Shown in pieces: positions 38,601 through 50,885 of a stretch of DNA of 64,000 bases (position 1 is the first letter of the stretch; every line of letters begins with the position of its first letter). Both the position numbers and the translations under genes were made by a program. This DNA comes from Bugula neritina. Taxonomy: Eukaryota > Animalia > Bryozoa. Below the pieces are notes generated by a model. The model was not told the DNA's origin and did not search any database. It worked only from the letters and a program-made list of their open reading frames with translations. The stretch lies in assembly GCA_964035545.1 (NCBI GenBank), contig OZ037767.1, positions 26,366,628 through 26,430,627 on the forward strand, given 5' to 3'.

Positions 38601-41600
38601 AAGAAACTGCAAGTACTGGTGCTAAGATCAAATATATAGTAGAAGTACTAGCACTAGTACAAGTACAAGTGTTATTATCAACATATCTTATACTGCGACA
38701 TAGTGAGTATAATACTTTCATTACATGAATGCATTGTAATCAGCATAGAAAAAATTCAAAATAAAATTTAGTAAAATAATAAAAAATTAAATACAAATTT
38801 TGAGCTATACATTACTTATGAATGAGCGATGAAACTCGAATATGTTTAAACATTGTTAATATTTGAGGATATAGAAGAAACTGTTTTCACTTCAAAGGGT
38901 ACTAGTAGTTTGTCATAAATTCTCTTAGTATTTACTATTTGAAATAAGAACATTGGCTAAGTATCTGTGGCATACAATTTGAATGGAGCAATTGCTTGGA
39001 AAAAAACATGTTTGTATTATAACAGTTACAATGTATTCTGTGAAAAATGGCTGTACTTCTGAGGAAATGTACTTTATAGCATGAATATATATAGCAGTGA
39101 TATTATCACTGCACTTTTAATTAAGGAAATGTATATTATATATATTGCAGATTTAAGAGATCACTATATGGTAAAATTTAACGTCAATATACATTTATAC
39201 ATATAACATTTAAACTTTAGCGAATGACAATTTAATAACTGAGGCTCTGCATTACCTTGTGGAGCTACTGCAGGTACTGCAGCCAAAGAGATGTTCTGCT
39301 GGATCCTGGGAGACTCAGGATCTGGTGTAGCAGGAGTGGAGGGTCGGGAGGACTTGATGCCTGACGTGGGCAATAACTTAACGTAATCCTTTGGAAACCA
39401 GCCTATCTGTTTCTTTTGACCTTTAGCCTACATGGTGACATGCATAAGCTATATACCATAGTGAGAAATTACATTAATAATGTGGAATATAAAAAAAACC
39501 ATAAACATGTATATAAAAACAGTGGCTCTTAGTTGAAAAGTTAAAATGCTGTTTTCAAATAAAACTAAAAATAATTGTTCAGAGAACTCTACAACTCATA
39601 CAAATTAGCATGTGGTTTAAAACTTTACAATAACTTTTTAGAACACTTGTATAATTGTATATTTTAATAAAATAAATAAACAAAACATAGGGCAAGGTTC
39701 TGGAAAGTTCCTGAGTATTACATACCACCAACTCTCCCTCCCACCAGCCAGACGCCGACTTCTTCTTCACTTGAATCAGTTGATTAAGTTTAAGGGACAG
39801 TTGCTCGGGCCCCGTAGCCTCATACGCTGCAATCACCTTCCCTATCTCCTTAGCCTGAGCACCCGATGGTGTTGGGTTGGGTGGTGCTGCAGGCGCCAAT
39901 GCTGGGCTACTTGTCTACACAAATAGTACATGACAAACATACATATTGCATGCAACCCTTTGATTTTAGATGTTAACAAAGGCTAGAAAAGGATAGAGAG
40001 TTGAAATACCAGACACCCGCCAAAAGAACGGTAAAGCAAGAAATAAACACACTAAGCAAGACACGTTGGGTAAGCTACATCTACTAACTGACTGGTTTAG
40101 CAAAGAACTGCAAATCCACTAATCAAATAAACAAATAACTATAACTTATGAAAAAAAGGTACACCAATAAATTATACATCCCATAGCTAGTTATTAGATA
40201 CAAAAGCGGTAGAATATTAAAAAGCAAACGAAACAGAAAAAAGCATAAGCAAACACATAGCATACTTTTATTGGGGTGTCAGTGGGTTTTCGAGGGGCAG
40301 CCCGTGGATGTTTCCTAGCCTCGTTGAAAGGACTAGTCGATGAGGTTGGGAATGCAGAGTTGTGAGATGGTGGGGTGAGTGGAGATGATGACACAGGTGC
40401 TAGAGACGCATTTGTTGGCATTGTGGGTAAAGTGAAAGTTGGGTGTGATACCAGCGCAGTAGGGTTAGACTGAGTGGGGGAGTTAATTGCTGGGTGATTA
40501 GGTGGCTGGGGTGGGGGGCTAGTGGCGCCCTCCTCAAACTGAAACATAAGCAACTAAATGAAGCACAGAAAGCACACAACATGCATTTATAAACTCAGTT
40601 ATAAAATATGAGCACAATGCTGTAAAATGAGCAGTTCATGTCAAAAAATATATGTTAATATTTTATATACAATATTGATGCAAAATGAACTGCTCACCAC
40701 TGCCATAGCATGTTTAGTGTTACTGACAGAAACATGTAAACATTCAAGCAGGCAACATGAAGAGCCAGCGAGAAACAACACACGTTAGATTATTACTTTA
40801 GCTATACTAGCATATCATACTAACACACTACAATAGCATACTGTACTAGCATACTCTACTAGCATACTGTACTAGCATACTGTACTAGCATACTGTACTA
40901 GCATACTGTACTAGCATACTGTACTAGCATACTGTACTAGCATACTGTACTAGCATACTGTACTAGCATACTGTACTAGCATACTGTACTAGCATACTGT
41001 ACTAGCATACTGTACTAGCATACTGTACTAGCATATTATACTAGCATACTCTACTAGCATACTGTACTAGCATACTATACTAGCATACTATACTAGCATA
41101 CTCTACTAGCACCCTATACTAGCATACTGTACTGGCATACTGTACTAGCATACTCTACTAGCATACTGTACTAGCATACTGTACTAGCATACTGTACTAG
41201 CATACTGTACTAGCATACTGTACTAGCATACTATACTAGCATATTAGGACAGAAAAATCCTCCAAACTCTTTGACACTAGAAAGGAAAGGGACTAAACCC
41301 TGACATTTGTTACTTGCAAGACTTTAGCCAAAATGAATTAGTTTGTTTTGTCAACATAGTGCATGCATTTGGAGAATTTGAGTCTCAGAAACAAACTATA
41401 AACAACACAACAACCTGTACATAACAACTCGTTGAAAGACTTAACGTAGCGCAACAAATACCCTAGCCTGATCTGTAGAGGTCCCGACATAGTTAGCGGG
41501 AAATATACCACTCCTGCTGCCGATGCTGCCCGTCCACCATTCACCACCTTCCTTGCTGCTCACCAGGATCAGCTCACCAACAGTGAAAGTCAAATCACCT

Positions 41601-44600
41601 TCAACATCTGACTGATAGTCGTGCATTGCTACATATCTCTCCGCTACCTGTATACATAATATTAAGGTGACTAGAGCGTATTACAGCAGAAGCAGTGTTT
41701 GTATATTGTATTATACAGAATAAATTATATCATACAGAAATAATATAGTATAATTTACAGAGGTAATATAGTTTATAAGACAGAACTAATACAGTATATT
41801 ATACAAAAATAATACAGTATATTATAGAGTAGTTATATAGCATAATATACAGAAGTAGTACAGTGTGCTATACAACAACTAACACAAGCAACACATGTAT
41901 ATACAACAATAATACCTATTGTATACAGTAATATACCATACCTGTTGCTTATTTGATTCTGGTGTGGCTACAGCCGCAGTGGTATCCCCAGGCACCTGGT
42001 CATAATACCTTGAAGCTGGTGCATCCTCTGATATAGAAGGTACTTTATCATAAAACCTGGAGCTATCCACAGCTGGCCTGCACAAAACACTCGTGTATTA
42101 GACAACTATAAACTCTCACAAGCTTATGACTTCAATGAAAACCCTTGTTGATTAAATATGTATTAATTTTTATCTAATCGATGATGCAATATTACACCGC
42201 AAACACAATTGTAACTGAGCGCCCCTTCCATCACCCCTAATGACCTTAACAAGAATCATGCTCATGTTTCTGGGAACGCAGGAGCCTTTACATTGCACCT
42301 CTCTACCCACATACAGCAATATATTAATTCATATACAGTGTGCATACTATTGAAGGGTCAACACTTATTGAAATTGCAAAGCAGTTATTCTATCAAAACA
42401 ATAGATTATTAATAAAGCTGGTAGAAAAAACTTCCACCAGAACTTACTTGGGCTCGGATTGGTTGTTAGAAGAGGATGTAGAATCTGTAACCTTGACATA
42501 TGCACTAGGGAACCAGCCCTGTTCTCCATTAGACAGCTTACCTTGCCACCACATGTCTTGCTGCATCAGAACTTTGATTGTGTCACCCTGAAATAAACTG
42601 CTAATTAGAGATCCTAACAAACCCCTTGTTTAGGCCTGGCTTAGACACATAACTTCAACATTTAGTTACAGATATCAAGTGCCTTCATCACTTATTTTAA
42701 TGATGCTAATAATTGCAATAATATAATAATGACAAAGATCTTTCCCTTTCACGATCAGCACATGATTAGTTATATTGCTGATAAAGAATAGAAGGCTGGA
42801 ATGGTATGAGTATGTAAGCAGGAGATAAAAAAGAAGACGTAAAGAGGCTGAGCAAGTGTTGGAGACAAGAGAGAAAAAGACCAAACATCGATGGATAGAT
42901 ACCATAAGAACGGATATGAAAGTGTAAAAAATTAATAGCAAGGACACAAGCAACAGAGTTAGACGCAAATCACTTAGTGTGTTGGCTATGCAGAACCCGT
43001 GACCCACAAGGACTGATACAGAAAAGGTGAGAAACGGGGAGAAACATGATCAGTTACAGTAGCTTACCTCATTAAATGATAGATGATTACTCTTTTTGGC
43101 TCTCCAGGGATACATGGCAACACAAGTAAGTCCAGCCGGGGCCGGGTCACCTGCGTCCAGTGTCGGAGAGGATGCTCTAACCTCGTCGAATGCTGACTCA
43201 CTAAAAATAATAAATAACAAGTTGTATCCAACCACATCAATTCTTGCCATGACAGATAAAATAAACGACCAATTAGAGAGACATACAGCCAAGCACTAGA
43301 GCTCACATTTCCAATAATATAGCTAAATCTACAGTTTTGTGGTGGGAGATATTTTTCATTTCATTTTTATAAAACATCACCGTAGTATAATTATTGACTT
43401 TAAATAAGGACAGAATAAGGCATATTGCAAGTGATGAGAATGTATATTAGTAACCTTCTAGACATAGCAGATGTGACAGCTGCCACAGGTGCTGCCACAG
43501 GTGCTACTGCAGGTGCTGCCACAGGTGCTGCTACAGGTGCTGATGCAGGTGCTGCTACAGGTGCTGAAACAGGAGTTTTTTCACCAGAAGCAATTGGTTC
43601 ATATACTTCTCTTTGTTTAGTTACATAATTAGCAGGAAATATTCCACATTTGTCTCCTTTCCAGCCAGCCAACCAGCCAGGTTCTGAAGACCCTTGCTCG
43701 TCTGGGTACACCTGTATAGAATAATTAACCACAGGTATAGCCATTAACACAAAATATCATTGGCTACAAATCACATGTTTTGAAATGGTAGTCATTTTTC
43801 TTAAATAGTTATGAGCCAATAGCGCACCATTGGTCACACAAATATTCAGTAGGAGTTTCAAACTAGAGAAGACAAATCTTAATGAGCAATGTGTCATCGG
43901 CAACATGAAAATGTTATTGACTCTGAAGACACAGTCTCGTGGTTTTGCTTCAGTTCGATAATTTTATTACAACCTGCAGAGTTGCTGGTAAGTAATCTAA
44001 TTCAGACTAGTAGAATATTAGATTGTTTAGAATATTGACGGGCTTTTATATTGAGTTATTTTGTGAATATACTTTTAAAATGCTAATTATTGGAATTTAG
44101 TAAATGCTAAACCAAATGAATTTAATCAATTCAAAACATCTAAAGGTCAAAAAATTATACATTATTATATTTGCATATTACAGAAAAAATAATAAATATG
44201 AAATATAGCTTCATTAATGCTTACAATTTAGAATCCAATACTCACCTTTACTTTATCTTCCATAACCAAGTCTAGTTCATCCGCATTTCTAGAAGCAAAG
44301 TCGTACTGAACTTCATAGATTTCTACTTTTCTCGTAGATGGCTGAGAGACAGTTTTTACAGGTGAGGCTCTAGCTGGGAGTTGCCCTACCATACTCTGAC
44401 TCGGAGTAGATACCTCGGTGTTACCAAAAGCTGTTTCTTTCTTCTTAGGAGGGGGAAGCAAGGCAGTAGTCTTCTTAACTGGTTCAACTGAAGGTTTATC
44501 CCAGGCAGATTCAGAAGGGGTAGGGTTTCCCCAAGACTTGTTAGCAAAAGCATCTGTGCTACTGGTTGTTCCCCACAGAGAATTCTGGTTACCACCAGAG

Positions 44601-47600
44601 GTGGTTACAGCTGGCTGACTAGACCAGAGGTCTGCAGAGAGAGAGTCGGAAGTGGCCCAGCCAGTGGAGCCTGTGGAGCCCCACGCACTGCCCGACTGAT
44701 CTGTTGGTTCACTGGCAATCGGTGCAGCAGAGGTGGCAGGAACACTGAAGTCAATGTCTTTAAAGGCCGACCATTTATCTTCTACATAAAGCATCATTGC
44801 CATGACAACATGATGTAAACAACTATAGAGAAATATAACACATCTGTATATAGTTTGGTGTGTACAGAGATAACATCAAACAGACCTTCTTTTTTCTTCT
44901 TCTCTTCTTCTATTTTACGCTTCCTCTCCTCTTCCTCCTTCCTTTGCTGCTCTTTATCAGCCCTGTTAGTGTAAATAACTCATTCAGATATGCTAGTAAC
45001 AACACACATACACAACAGCTGATACTACTGACACATACACAACAGCTTACACTACTGACACATACACAACAGCTTATACTACTGACACATACACAACAGC
45101 TTATACTACTGATACATACACAACAGCTTATTCTACTGATACATACACAACAGCTGATGCAATCAAAGCCTATCATTTGCTCAACTGAGATGGGGCAGGC
45201 ACTAATGAGAGTATGAGATTACTAATAATGTGATTTGAGTTGCTTTATGCTTAAATATACTCCTTTGTAATGTGCCTATGTCCTACATAGTATTACAATG
45301 CGGCACGTATATTATGTTATATAATCACCATTGCTGACGATATATTATGAGTGTAGCTAGTGCTCATTTGTTCTGTATTGAATAGCAGAACTGCAGTGTT
45401 AATCAGTAGACCAGTGCAAAACGGAGCAGTTCACTAGAAGTATGCTATTGCATATCTTCAGTTAGACACAGACCTATACCAACGACCATTCCAGAACACA
45501 ATCTATACATTTAAATACAAACCGAATCTTTTCATCCACCCTCCTTCTCTTCTCCTTGTCCCACTCAGCTCTCTTATTCTGTAGACGAGATCGAACCTGA
45601 GACTGTGAACTCGTCAACTGACTCACCGATTCCTTTAAACTCTGAAAGGAGCAAAACAAACAGAGCGTGCAGTGCGAGACATGCTCATACTGTACAACTA
45701 TATAGCAGGTGGGGTATATGTTAGTGTGTAAGCATTGTGTGCACTGGTTAGTTTTACAGGTAAGATACATACGGCTAGCGTTTCTTTGTCCGGATTAGTT
45801 GAAGATTTATTGCTTTCTATTTCCGCCAGTTGCTGCCTTAACTTCTCAACCTAAAATAATGAAAATATAATACTACAGCACCACAATTGGTAAAACTAGA
45901 ATATGCACATAGTGACGGTCGGCAAATTTAAATTAGCTAAATAATAAGGAAAAAACATAGGAATTCAAGCAAAATTAAAAAAAAACATTGATAATTTAGT
46001 TGTATCTTTTAAATTTTTATTAGTTTAAAGCAAAAACCCACATACATCAGCAGCTAAATTGTGAAAAATAGCTAAAGACTGAAGATTTCGAGTGTGTACT
46101 AAATTACATAGAGCCCTGTACAATCTGAAAATACGATAAGCAATCAGGTAAACAGTTAGCAGAGAGGCAAGGAGAGCTGACCTGCTGCGTCTTGCTGGTG
46201 TGCAAACTCTGCTGCTGTTTAAAACTCTCCGACACAGGATTCTGGGACTGCCGTGTTTGCAGCAGCTGAGAAACATGTGAGAAGTCAGCGCATAGTTTAT
46301 TGTATAATTTCTCATCTTCCTAGAAAACAAGAGCAGAGAGTGTAGATAACTCCTCGGACCTGATATATTATGAGATGACCAAGTCTGAACTAAAAAATTC
46401 TTGTGATGAGGAACTGTCGTGTGATAGCCTGAGTGAACATATGCTATTTTATAAACAAATGCTGGAAACAAACAAAAAAGAAAAATCAGGCAAAACCTCA
46501 TCATTAGAAAGTGCAGATACTACCATACTACACTACATGAGTGCCATACTACACTACATGAGTGCTGGCTTTTAACAAATAAAATTGAGTAATCTATTAG
46601 TGGCTTCCTGGCAATGCATTGAGTTTGAAAACCAGGTCTGGTAAAAGTATAATACTTTGCTAATGCTACTTACACTTTTAGAACTTTCATTGGCCGAGAC
46701 TGAAGCTATCAAACTGTCCCTAGTGGCCCTCATGTCATCAATGTAGCCTGTGTTCCGTATAACATTCTCTTTGCCTTCGGCTATCCGGGCAACCAACTCA
46801 TTCTTTTTGTTGTCCATAGTTTCTATTTCATACTTGAGATTGTTTACTTGACTTTCTAACATCTGCACAGCTTCCTGATTAAAAGTATTGGTATGAGAAA
46901 AACATTGAGATAGTCTAAGTCAGGACTGTCCAACAGGCAGCTCTAGGGCCGGATGTGGCCCCTAGCCTACATTTATGTGGTTCTCAAAAGCATAAAGCTC
47001 AAGTTATTTTTCACAGTGCACAAGAATTAGAGTGAAAAGCCACCTTTTGAATGTCTTTTTATACAGGCTGGACACCCCTGGCCTAAGTTCTTTATTTTAT
47101 TATTAAATTTTGGTTTGGGGCGTGGGTTTAAATTTTTGCAAAAACACAACTTCTTTTGCTACATTTTTCATCTAGAACACAGGCTTTTCTCAATTTCTCC
47201 ATTACTGCACCTACCTCCAGCAAAATAGTTCAACAATAAAAATATCTACCAGAAACATTATTCATCTATGATACTTTTCAAAAGTTGCTGGAATTAGTTC
47301 AATGCATGTATTCACTGATAACTGTAAACATATTTTTCACTATCAATTACCTCATGTCTTTTCTTCTCTGCCAATAATGTCAGTTTCCTCTGCCTCTCCC
47401 ATTCCTGCTGACGCTGGCGTTCCATCTCTTTACGAGCTGTTTCCTTGGCCTATCATAACCAACAAATAAACACATTATTTTACCACTAATGGTAAATTAC
47501 TACTGTGCACAGCAAAGATCACAACTCAGCTCTTAAGCCTGGCTGCTGATGAAGTGACATATGTATATTCTCACAGACCTCCAGAGCTTTTCTCCTTTGC

Positions 47601-49832
47601 TCTTCCCTCTCAGCCTCTAGCTGTCGCTGTCTCTCCAACATCTTTTCCTGTTCGGCTAATCGCTTTCTTTCCTGTTCCCTCCTGTATTTACAAACAGACA
47701 TACATACATACATGTAACACGTGTATGTATGTATAAAATCACACATACATGTAATTGGTATATGTATAATACACACATACATGTAATACGTATATGCATA
47801 ATACATATATACATGTAATTGGTATATGTATAATACATATATACATGTAACACGTATATGTATAATACATACATCTACATGTATATGTTGTACATATAAC
47901 AGCACTTGAAAATAAAAAATATGAAGAGTAGTTAGTTCAAAGTTTAGTAATGCTTCATTTTCAGTCTCTATTCAATTGATCACCTGATAGCTTCACGCTT
48001 CTCCTGTTCAGCTCTTTCCTTGGCCAGCCGAGCTTCTTCTTCCTTCCTCTGCTGATCTCTAAGCTCCGCCCTCCTCCTCTCCAACTCAGCATTTCCTTTA
48101 ACACAAACACTATGAACTAAAAACTACTCTATTTAAACAATAAACAACACAATAGTTTCAATAGTCTTATTATTGTAATCTAACTGAACACATATAATGC
48201 ACGCTACTACCTTTGGCAAAGTTCTCGCGCCGTTTATCCTCTAGAGTTAAATTAGTAATCGGCGCAACTTCTTCTATGAGTTGAGGAGCTGCCTGAGACT
48301 GGACACCAAATCCACCCGGAATCAAGTCTCCGAAAGAATCGGCAGGACGGCTGGCAGCAACTGCAACTACAGAGACCACTGTTACACATTAATTCTGATC
48401 AAAACACATTGAAAAGTTAGTTTCCAAACTCACAAGAAAAGTCTACATGTGATTTAATAATAATTTGAAACATTCTTTTCTGGCCGAGAATGGCTAATTA
48501 CTGCAGAGTAAGACAAGCTGCATAAAAACATGCTTCAAAATTTCTATTGATTTGAGCAACCTACTTTTTCATGACAGAATTATTATGATTACTATAGCAA
48601 CATGATGTACCATTTATTGGGGCCGCAGTTACGGCACCACTATTAGATCGAGATCGAGACCTCAGGCTAGGAGGAATAAAATTGGGTGGTAAAGCAGCTG
48701 GCAAAGGCTGTCCCAACTTTGCCATGTCAGCTAAGAACATTGCTAATGAGAATTCTTCTGAAGTTAATTTACCATCACCATCCACGTCAGCTAAACTCCT
48801 AAACAAAATAAAAGAAAATGAAACCTCACAATGAACTGATTACAATATTAATTAGCAATATTATTAGAACTATTTCAAAACACCATTTACCTATTATCAA
48901 GTTAGATAAACTAAACCCACCATATTTGAGCCAGTATGTTATGAGGTAAGCCGCTAGATAAGAGCAGTTGCCTGGCATCCAATCCAGTCAAATAACCAGT
49001 ACGTTTTCTGTCCTCTTTGTTAAACATCTGATTATACTTTAGTCTGCTAGCCTGTGGAACTGCCCAATCAGTTGGCCCGTCAACAGATCTAAATCAAATA
49101 TGAGATAAAATATTAAAAGTAAAAAAGTAATAACATAGACTTCCAAAAATCCCATACAAGCAAATGTATTTATTATCTCACCTTGCAGGAGAGTGAGGGG
49201 CGGCAAGAGCTGGATTAGCTGAGGGGGGTAATCTAGCTGGTAATGTAGCTGAAGACATCATAGAGAAACTACCACCTGTCATACCCATGGGAAAACCACC
49301 TGCTGAAGGTGTCATTCCATGAGGCAATGTGCCAGATGCACTGGGCATTAGAGGCTCAAGTAACATGCTATGAGGCAGCACATTAGGTATTTGATGACCG
49401 GTCAGTTTCCTTTTTATTAACGTCATGGCAATAGAAAATTCTTTTCTGTCCATTTTACCGTCAGCTGTGAGATCAGATAACCCCCTGTAATATAACGTTC
49501 ATTTTTAGCAGTAAAACATCGAAACAATAAAATTAAAGTGGAGTTTTTAACTCATCAATTGAATCAAAAATGAAAACATATATTAACTTACCATATCTGC
49601 CCTAAAACTGTTTGGGGCAAATTAGACTGTATGAAGAAACCCCTCGCCTGTTCTCCTACAAAAGAAAGTCCAAAAAATTTATCTTGTTCAGCTTTTTAAT
49701 AAAATTTACATTACAATCACATTTCAGATGAAAAGGGCATGGCTTACCAGTTATGAAAGGTCCATGAGTAAGAGTCGCAAACTGGGAGTCATGCTTGGCT
49801 CGCTCCTCTGCTGTTATAGTCCAAACATCCAT
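29626..49832 (-). CDS. ITSN1: Intersectin, long form (2 EH, coiled coil, 5 SH3, DH, PH, C2)
   Basis: Starts [18 protein letters not shown] (ATG 49832). EH motifs [13 protein letters not shown] and [18 protein letters not shown]; [13 protein letters not shown] plus a KELRQ-type coiled coil; five SH3 domains (e.g. [18 protein letters not shown]); [24 protein letters not shown]...[18 protein letters not shown]; PH LFNDFLL; C2 [12 protein letters not shown]...[12 protein letters not shown]; TAG at 29626-29628. Probably co-orthologous to vertebrate ITSN1 and ITSN2. Confidence 0.97.
31085..31165 (-). CDS. Alternative (duplicated) intersectin C2 strand-1 exon B
   Basis: GGCAG|CT...ACTG|GTATAC, 81 nt, phase 1-1. 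Encodes [27 protein letters not shown](G), homologous to exon A at 31554-31640. Confidence 0.75.
34145..34357. repeat. 21-bp minisatellite x10 containing the intersectin PH-exon 5' splice site
   Basis: Unit on the - strand is AAG|GTATGTACCAAGTACTAT; the first donor GT is at 34352-34351. Confidence 0.97.
38139..38278 (-). other. Putative alternative terminal exon for short intersectin isoform
   Basis: Pyrimidine-rich acceptor TTTTGTAG|CT TAA after a 113-nt intron from the SH3E donor; AATAAA on the - strand at 38144-38139. Confidence 0.6.
40835..41243. repeat. 13-bp minisatellite (TACTAGCATACTG)
   Basis: About 30 near-perfect copies in an intersectin intron. Confidence 0.98.
42775..43030 (+). 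mobile_element. Degenerate 3' end of an RTE-clade non-LTR retrotransposon, antisense in an intersectin intron
   Basis: Translates as [15 protein letters not shown] ... (RP)[14 protein letters not shown] ... RDP. This matches the RTE ORF C-terminal pattern RRLRWxGHVxRR...GRPKxRWxDxIxxD...ADP, disrupted by stops and a frameshift. Confidence 0.65.
43478..43566 (-). repeat. Coding 12-bp repeat (APVA)n in the SH3A-SH3B linker
   Basis: GCACCTGTRGCA-type units lie inside the exon at about 43455-43711. Confidence 0.9.
45003..45157. repeat. 27-bp minisatellite (ACACATACACAACAGCTTATACTACTG)
   Basis: About 6 copies, intronic; accounts for the spurious Cys-rich ORF. Confidence 0.93.
46921..47080. mobile_element. 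Non-autonomous hAT (Charlie-like) MITE, 160 bp
   Basis: TIRs CAGGACTGTCCAAC and GCTGGACACCCCTG (11 of 14 complementary). 8-bp TSD GTCTAAGT (46913-46920) and GCCTAAGT (47081-47088). Subterminal GGGCCGGATGTGGCCC motif. Confidence 0.85.
47698..47898. repeat. Degenerate CATA/TATG-rich tandem repeat
   Basis: Imperfect ~35-bp units (ACATACATGTAAYWSGTATATGTATAAT) next to an intersectin acceptor. Confidence 0.8.
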
Positions 49833-50274
49833 TGAATAGAATTACAAGTTAAAGCTCGTTAAAATGATATATCTGTCAAGAAAAATCAATACCAACTGTC
49901 CATTTATAAATCTACAAAAAAGATTATGTTATTGCATTGTCATATAATAACTCTTGTAACATAAACAACATGTAGAACTTGCTATCTGCAAATGAGTACA
50001 TATAAAATTTAGTAGTTGTAGCATTACAAATTACAGCAATAAGCTAATAACTGTTGGCTATCAAACTTCAGATTTGTATTGTGAGTGATTTATTGAAAAA
50101 ATGGCAACGTAAGGCTTAGAGCCAAAATTAATTTTGTTAGAAAACATTGAAAATAATTGTTTAGAAATTATGATAAAAAAATCTTCAAAAACATTGCTCA
50201 TGGCAATTGAAAGTACTAATTAATCACAAATAAATTTTAGGCTAAAAATAATGAAAATGATATTTATTTATTAA

Positions 50275-50485
50275 TAACTAGTAGTAGCAGTAGCAGTAGA
50301 CGTAGTACCAGTAGTAGTACTAGTAGTAGTAGTAGTAGCAGTAGTAGTACTAGTGGCAGTACTAGTAGTAGTAGTACTACTACTAGTACTACTACTACTA
50401 TTTAAATTTGCTAGTACTAGTAGTAGTAGTACTACTACTAGTACTATTACTATTACTATTAGTATTAGCAAATTTAAATTTAAAT
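50275..50485. repeat. (GTA)n/(TAC)n microsatellite with palindromic arrangement
   Basis: GTA runs switch to CTA/TAC runs around AGTACT centres. Confidence 0.9.
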
Positions 50486-50639
50486 TATAAATATATTGCT
50501 TTTTCGGTGGTGCATTTAAAAGGTCAAATAAAAAAGTCAAATCAAAATGAAAATATTAAACTAAATATAAGTAGAGAAAAAATGAACAAACGTGAGATTT
50601 TTATCATACTAAAATCATACTGATAGCCAGTTAATCTAA

Positions 50640-50885
50640 TTGCGTTACCATTTTTTCGAAACCGATTTCCTATGCGAAGAAATTATGAACCGGAAAAGCC
50701 CTAGACTCTAATCTTAATTTTTTGTAAACGGCTGTACACTGAGCTGGAATAGAGTTCGATGCGGCTGTAAATTTGAGCACCAACACCGACTGTTGTTGTA
50801 TAGCTGTTTAACAGGCTATTAAAGGTCAATAAAAAGAGACGCCCACTGAAGTAGTTCCGGTCTAGAAATAATAAACCACGAATTC
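50640..50885 (-). promoter_or_regulatory. Putative intersectin promoter / non-coding first exon
   Basis: CpG-retaining block; donor ATG|GTAACG at 50648; acceptor near 49873 upstream of the ATG. Confidence 0.45.

Noticed and set aside
34145-41243. CRISPR-like appearance of regular repeats
   Set aside because: There are no unique spacers; these are head-to-tail tandem repeats in a eukaryotic intron.
43712-44245. Neural microexon in SH3A (the intron position resembles that of the vertebrate VKGEW microexon)
   Set aside because: No convincing in-frame AG-GT microexon on the - strand; the best splice-like motif (near 43975-43993) is on the wrong strand.
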